Shown here in pieces: positions 61,480 through 64,000 of a DNA stretch of 64,000 nt. Made by a program: the position numbers and the translations under genes. The stretch is from Macrostomum lignano. Taxonomy: Eukaryota. Within the stretch, counting starts at the first letter, position 1, and every line of letters begins with the position of its first letter. The stretch covers positions 1 to 64,000 of the forward strand of contig NIVC01001986.1 of NCBI GenBank assembly GCA_002269645.1, written 5' to 3'. Below the pieces are notes generated by a model. It worked only from the letters and a program-made list of their open reading frames with translations, was not told where the DNA came from and ran no database searches.

Positions 61480-62500
61480 ATAAACACCATCCCGTTTTTT
61501 GCCCATCCCTAACCACGCTGATGGTTCAAAGATAACCACCACCCCGTTTATTGCCCATCCCCAACCACGCTGATGGTTCAAAGATAACCACCACCCCATT
61601 TTTGCCCATCCCCAGCCACGCTGATGGTTCAAAGATAACCAACACCCCGTTTTATTGCACTTCCCTAGCCACGCTGATAGTTTAAAGATAACCACCACCC
61701 CATTTTTGCCCATCCCCAGCCACGCTGATGGTTCAAAGATAACCACCACCCCGTTTTATTGCACTTCCCTAGCCACGCTGATAGTTTAAAGATAACCACC
61801 ACCCCATTTTTGCCCATCCCCAGCCACGCTGATGGTTCAAAGATAACCACCACCCCGTTTTATTGCACTTCCCTAGCCACGCTGATAGTTTAAAGATAAC
61901 CACCACCCCATTTTTGCCCATCCCCAGCCACGCTGATGGTTCAAAGATAACCACCACCCCGTTTTATTGCACTTCCCTAGCCACGCTGATAGTTTAAAGA
62001 TAACCACCACCCCATTTTTGCCCATCCCCAGCCACGCTGATGGTTCAAAGATAACCACCACCCCGTTTTATTGCACTTCCCTAGCCACGCTGATAGTTTA
62101 AAGATAACCACCACCCCATTTTTGCCCATCCCCAGCCACGCTGATGGTTCAAAGATAATCCTCACCCCGTTTTATTGCCCACCCCAACCACGCTGATGGT
62201 TCAAAGATAACCACCACCCCGTTTTATTGCACTTCCCTAGCCACGCTGATAGTTTAAAGATAACCACCACCCCATTTTTGCCCATCCCCAGCCACGCTGA
62301 TGGTTCAAAGATAACCATCACCCCGTTTTATTGCCCTTCCCTAGTCACGCTGATGCTTCAAAGATAATCACCAACCGCTTTTATTGCGCTTACCATCCGC
62401 GCTAAAGAATCAAAGATAACCACACTTATTTATTTCCCTTCCCCAGCGCGCTTTGAAAGAATCAAAGACAACCATTTCATTTTTTGCCCCTTCGCATCCA
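61480..62500 (+). repeat. 52-bp monomers arranged as a 104-bp dimeric repeat, kinase intron 1
   Basis: Identical minus-strand ORFs recur every 104 bp (61665, 61769, 61873, 61977). Confidence 0.95.
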
Positions 62501-62653
62501 CCAATGAATCAAAGATAAGCAACCCTTTTCTTCCTTCCCTGGACCAATGATTCCTGTCCCCAATTCATTTCCTTGATTTGGAATTTTGGTTGAAAGATCG
62601 TGTAAGAGATCTAGTTATTTGTTAAACCTATTTAACTCTTCTTGAAACAACAG

Positions 62654-63025
62654 ATAACCCCGTAAAGGAGGCGGGCGCCACAGCTGCAAAGAAGGCCCCG
62701 CCGTGCATAGAATCTTCATCATCCGACGAAAATGACAATGAGGACAACAACCAAGGAAACGACGATGCCGCTAACGACCAGGACGATGAAGATGACGAAG
62801 ACGATGCCGACGATATGGCCGAGTTTCAACCGAAGCCGCAGCCCAATTTAAGCAAATCCGAATCCAAAATGCCAGACTTTTTCGACCAACTCGAATCGGA
62901 ATGGGTTGGCTCGTTCAATAAGCGAATGTCTGTGCCTTACAAGGACTACGACTCAAGTAGTGCGCTGGGCAAAATCAATTGGGACCATTATGCTCTGGTG
63001 GAGAATGACGAAAGCATTCGAAAGG
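62654..63025 (+). CDS. Kinase-like gene exon 2, Asp/Glu-rich N-terminal region
   Basis: aacag acceptor; SSSSDENDNED..DDEDDEDDADD..INWDHYALVENDESIRK; G|GTAGG donor. Confidence 0.75.
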
Positions 63026-63120
63026 GTAGGTTCGATTGTCATCTTGATTCGCGGCAGTGCTTAAGCCCTTTCTGTACAAACTTAATCGACATCGCTCTTA
63101 CCTGTCCTCTCGTTTCCCAG

Positions 63121-63440
63121 GACACCACGCCATCTGTCCGCTAATTCGAAATCGTAAAACTGGCCAGTTGTATCGCTGCAAAATTGTCAGCTGTAGTCGA
63201 ATCCATTTCAATTTGACAACGCTCGGCTTCAAGGAGCAAGAGTACGACGAGGAGATTCGTAGCTACCTATTGGAACGCCAATTCTTATTCGCATTCGATC
63301 ATCCGTTTGTGCGCAACGGTCTCGGCTTTTTTACCGATAACAATTTCAACTTTGGCGTACTGATGGAAGACTTTCCGCACGGCACTCTATTGGACTATTA
63401 TGAGAAGCTCGAGTCTGGAAAGATTGTCTGCCAATTCAAG
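63121..63440 (+). CDS. Divergent AGC/PKA-like protein kinase N-lobe (exon 3; gene continues beyond the window)
   Basis: RNRKTGQLYRCK (beta3 Lys), LLERQFL..FDHPFV (alphaC Glu and HPF), FTDNNFNFGVLMEDFPHGTL (hinge); AAG|GTGCAT donor. Confidence 0.8.
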
Positions 63441-63779
63441 GTGCATCTTTGGGGCTGATTGTTTTAGAGCAGGGCTCGGCAAACTCCGGCCCAATCCGGT
63501 ACAAATTAGGTTTGTGCCTCCTCTCTGCTCTCTTCTCTCTCCTCTCATCCCATCTCCTCTTTCCTCTTCCATTATCTCTTTTCTAGCCTCTGCCCTTCTG
63601 TCTCTATTCCCTCTTTATTCCTCTCTTATCTAGCCGGCCCTCAAGGTAAAACAAGTTTTCCGACTCCCCCTAGTTTTAGGTGTACATCGATTGGGGTGTA
63701 AATATCCAAGTAGCCAAATCTATAGGTTTAACCTAGTCATGCAGATTTGGCGGTAGGTCCGTATCAAAAAGACAAAATT

Positions 63780-64000
63780 TATTTTAGTGTTCAAGCTATC
63801 TAGATCATGGAGTCAATCTATTTAGATTGAGGGATCAAGCTGTCTACATTGTAGATCAAGGAGTCAATTCATCGCCAGATCAGGGGAGGTCAATCTATCT
63901 AGATCAAAAGGGTCAATCCATTTCTATATCTGAGGGTCAATCTATCTCCAGATATAAGTGGGGTCAATCTATCTCCAGAATTAAGGGAGGTCAACCTATC
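63780..64000 (+). repeat. Degenerate GGGTCAATCTATCT..AGAT repeat running off the window end
   Basis: Imperfect copies. Confidence 0.75.

Overview
Eukaryotic (animal) genomic DNA with GC-richer exons and introns filled by unrelated minisatellites. This architecture resembles a free-living flatworm such as Macrostomum, but the taxon is inferred. All four genes are on the + strand. (1) The terminal Gln-rich exon of an unidentified gene ends in a PDZ-binding-type motif (3598-3908). (2) A two-exon DEG/ENaC-family channel of about 587 aa (17377-20380). (3) A neurofibromin (NF1) orthologue that I assembled by hand from 28 GT-AG exons with consistent phases (23807-58575, about 2640 aa). (4) The first three exons of a divergent AGC/PKA-like kinase with an acidic N-terminus (61272-63440, continuing beyond the window). 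The main oddities are in NF1: its conserved C-terminal block is absent from the window, it has an unannotated frame-preserving candidate cassette exon (38559-38795), it has Gly at the conserved GAP-domain Asn, and three of its introns carry arrays of multimerised CCAAT boxes. Most long ORFs in the supplied track are translations of tandem repeats. Comparisons with human proteins are from memory, not from a database search, and repeat boundaries are approximate.
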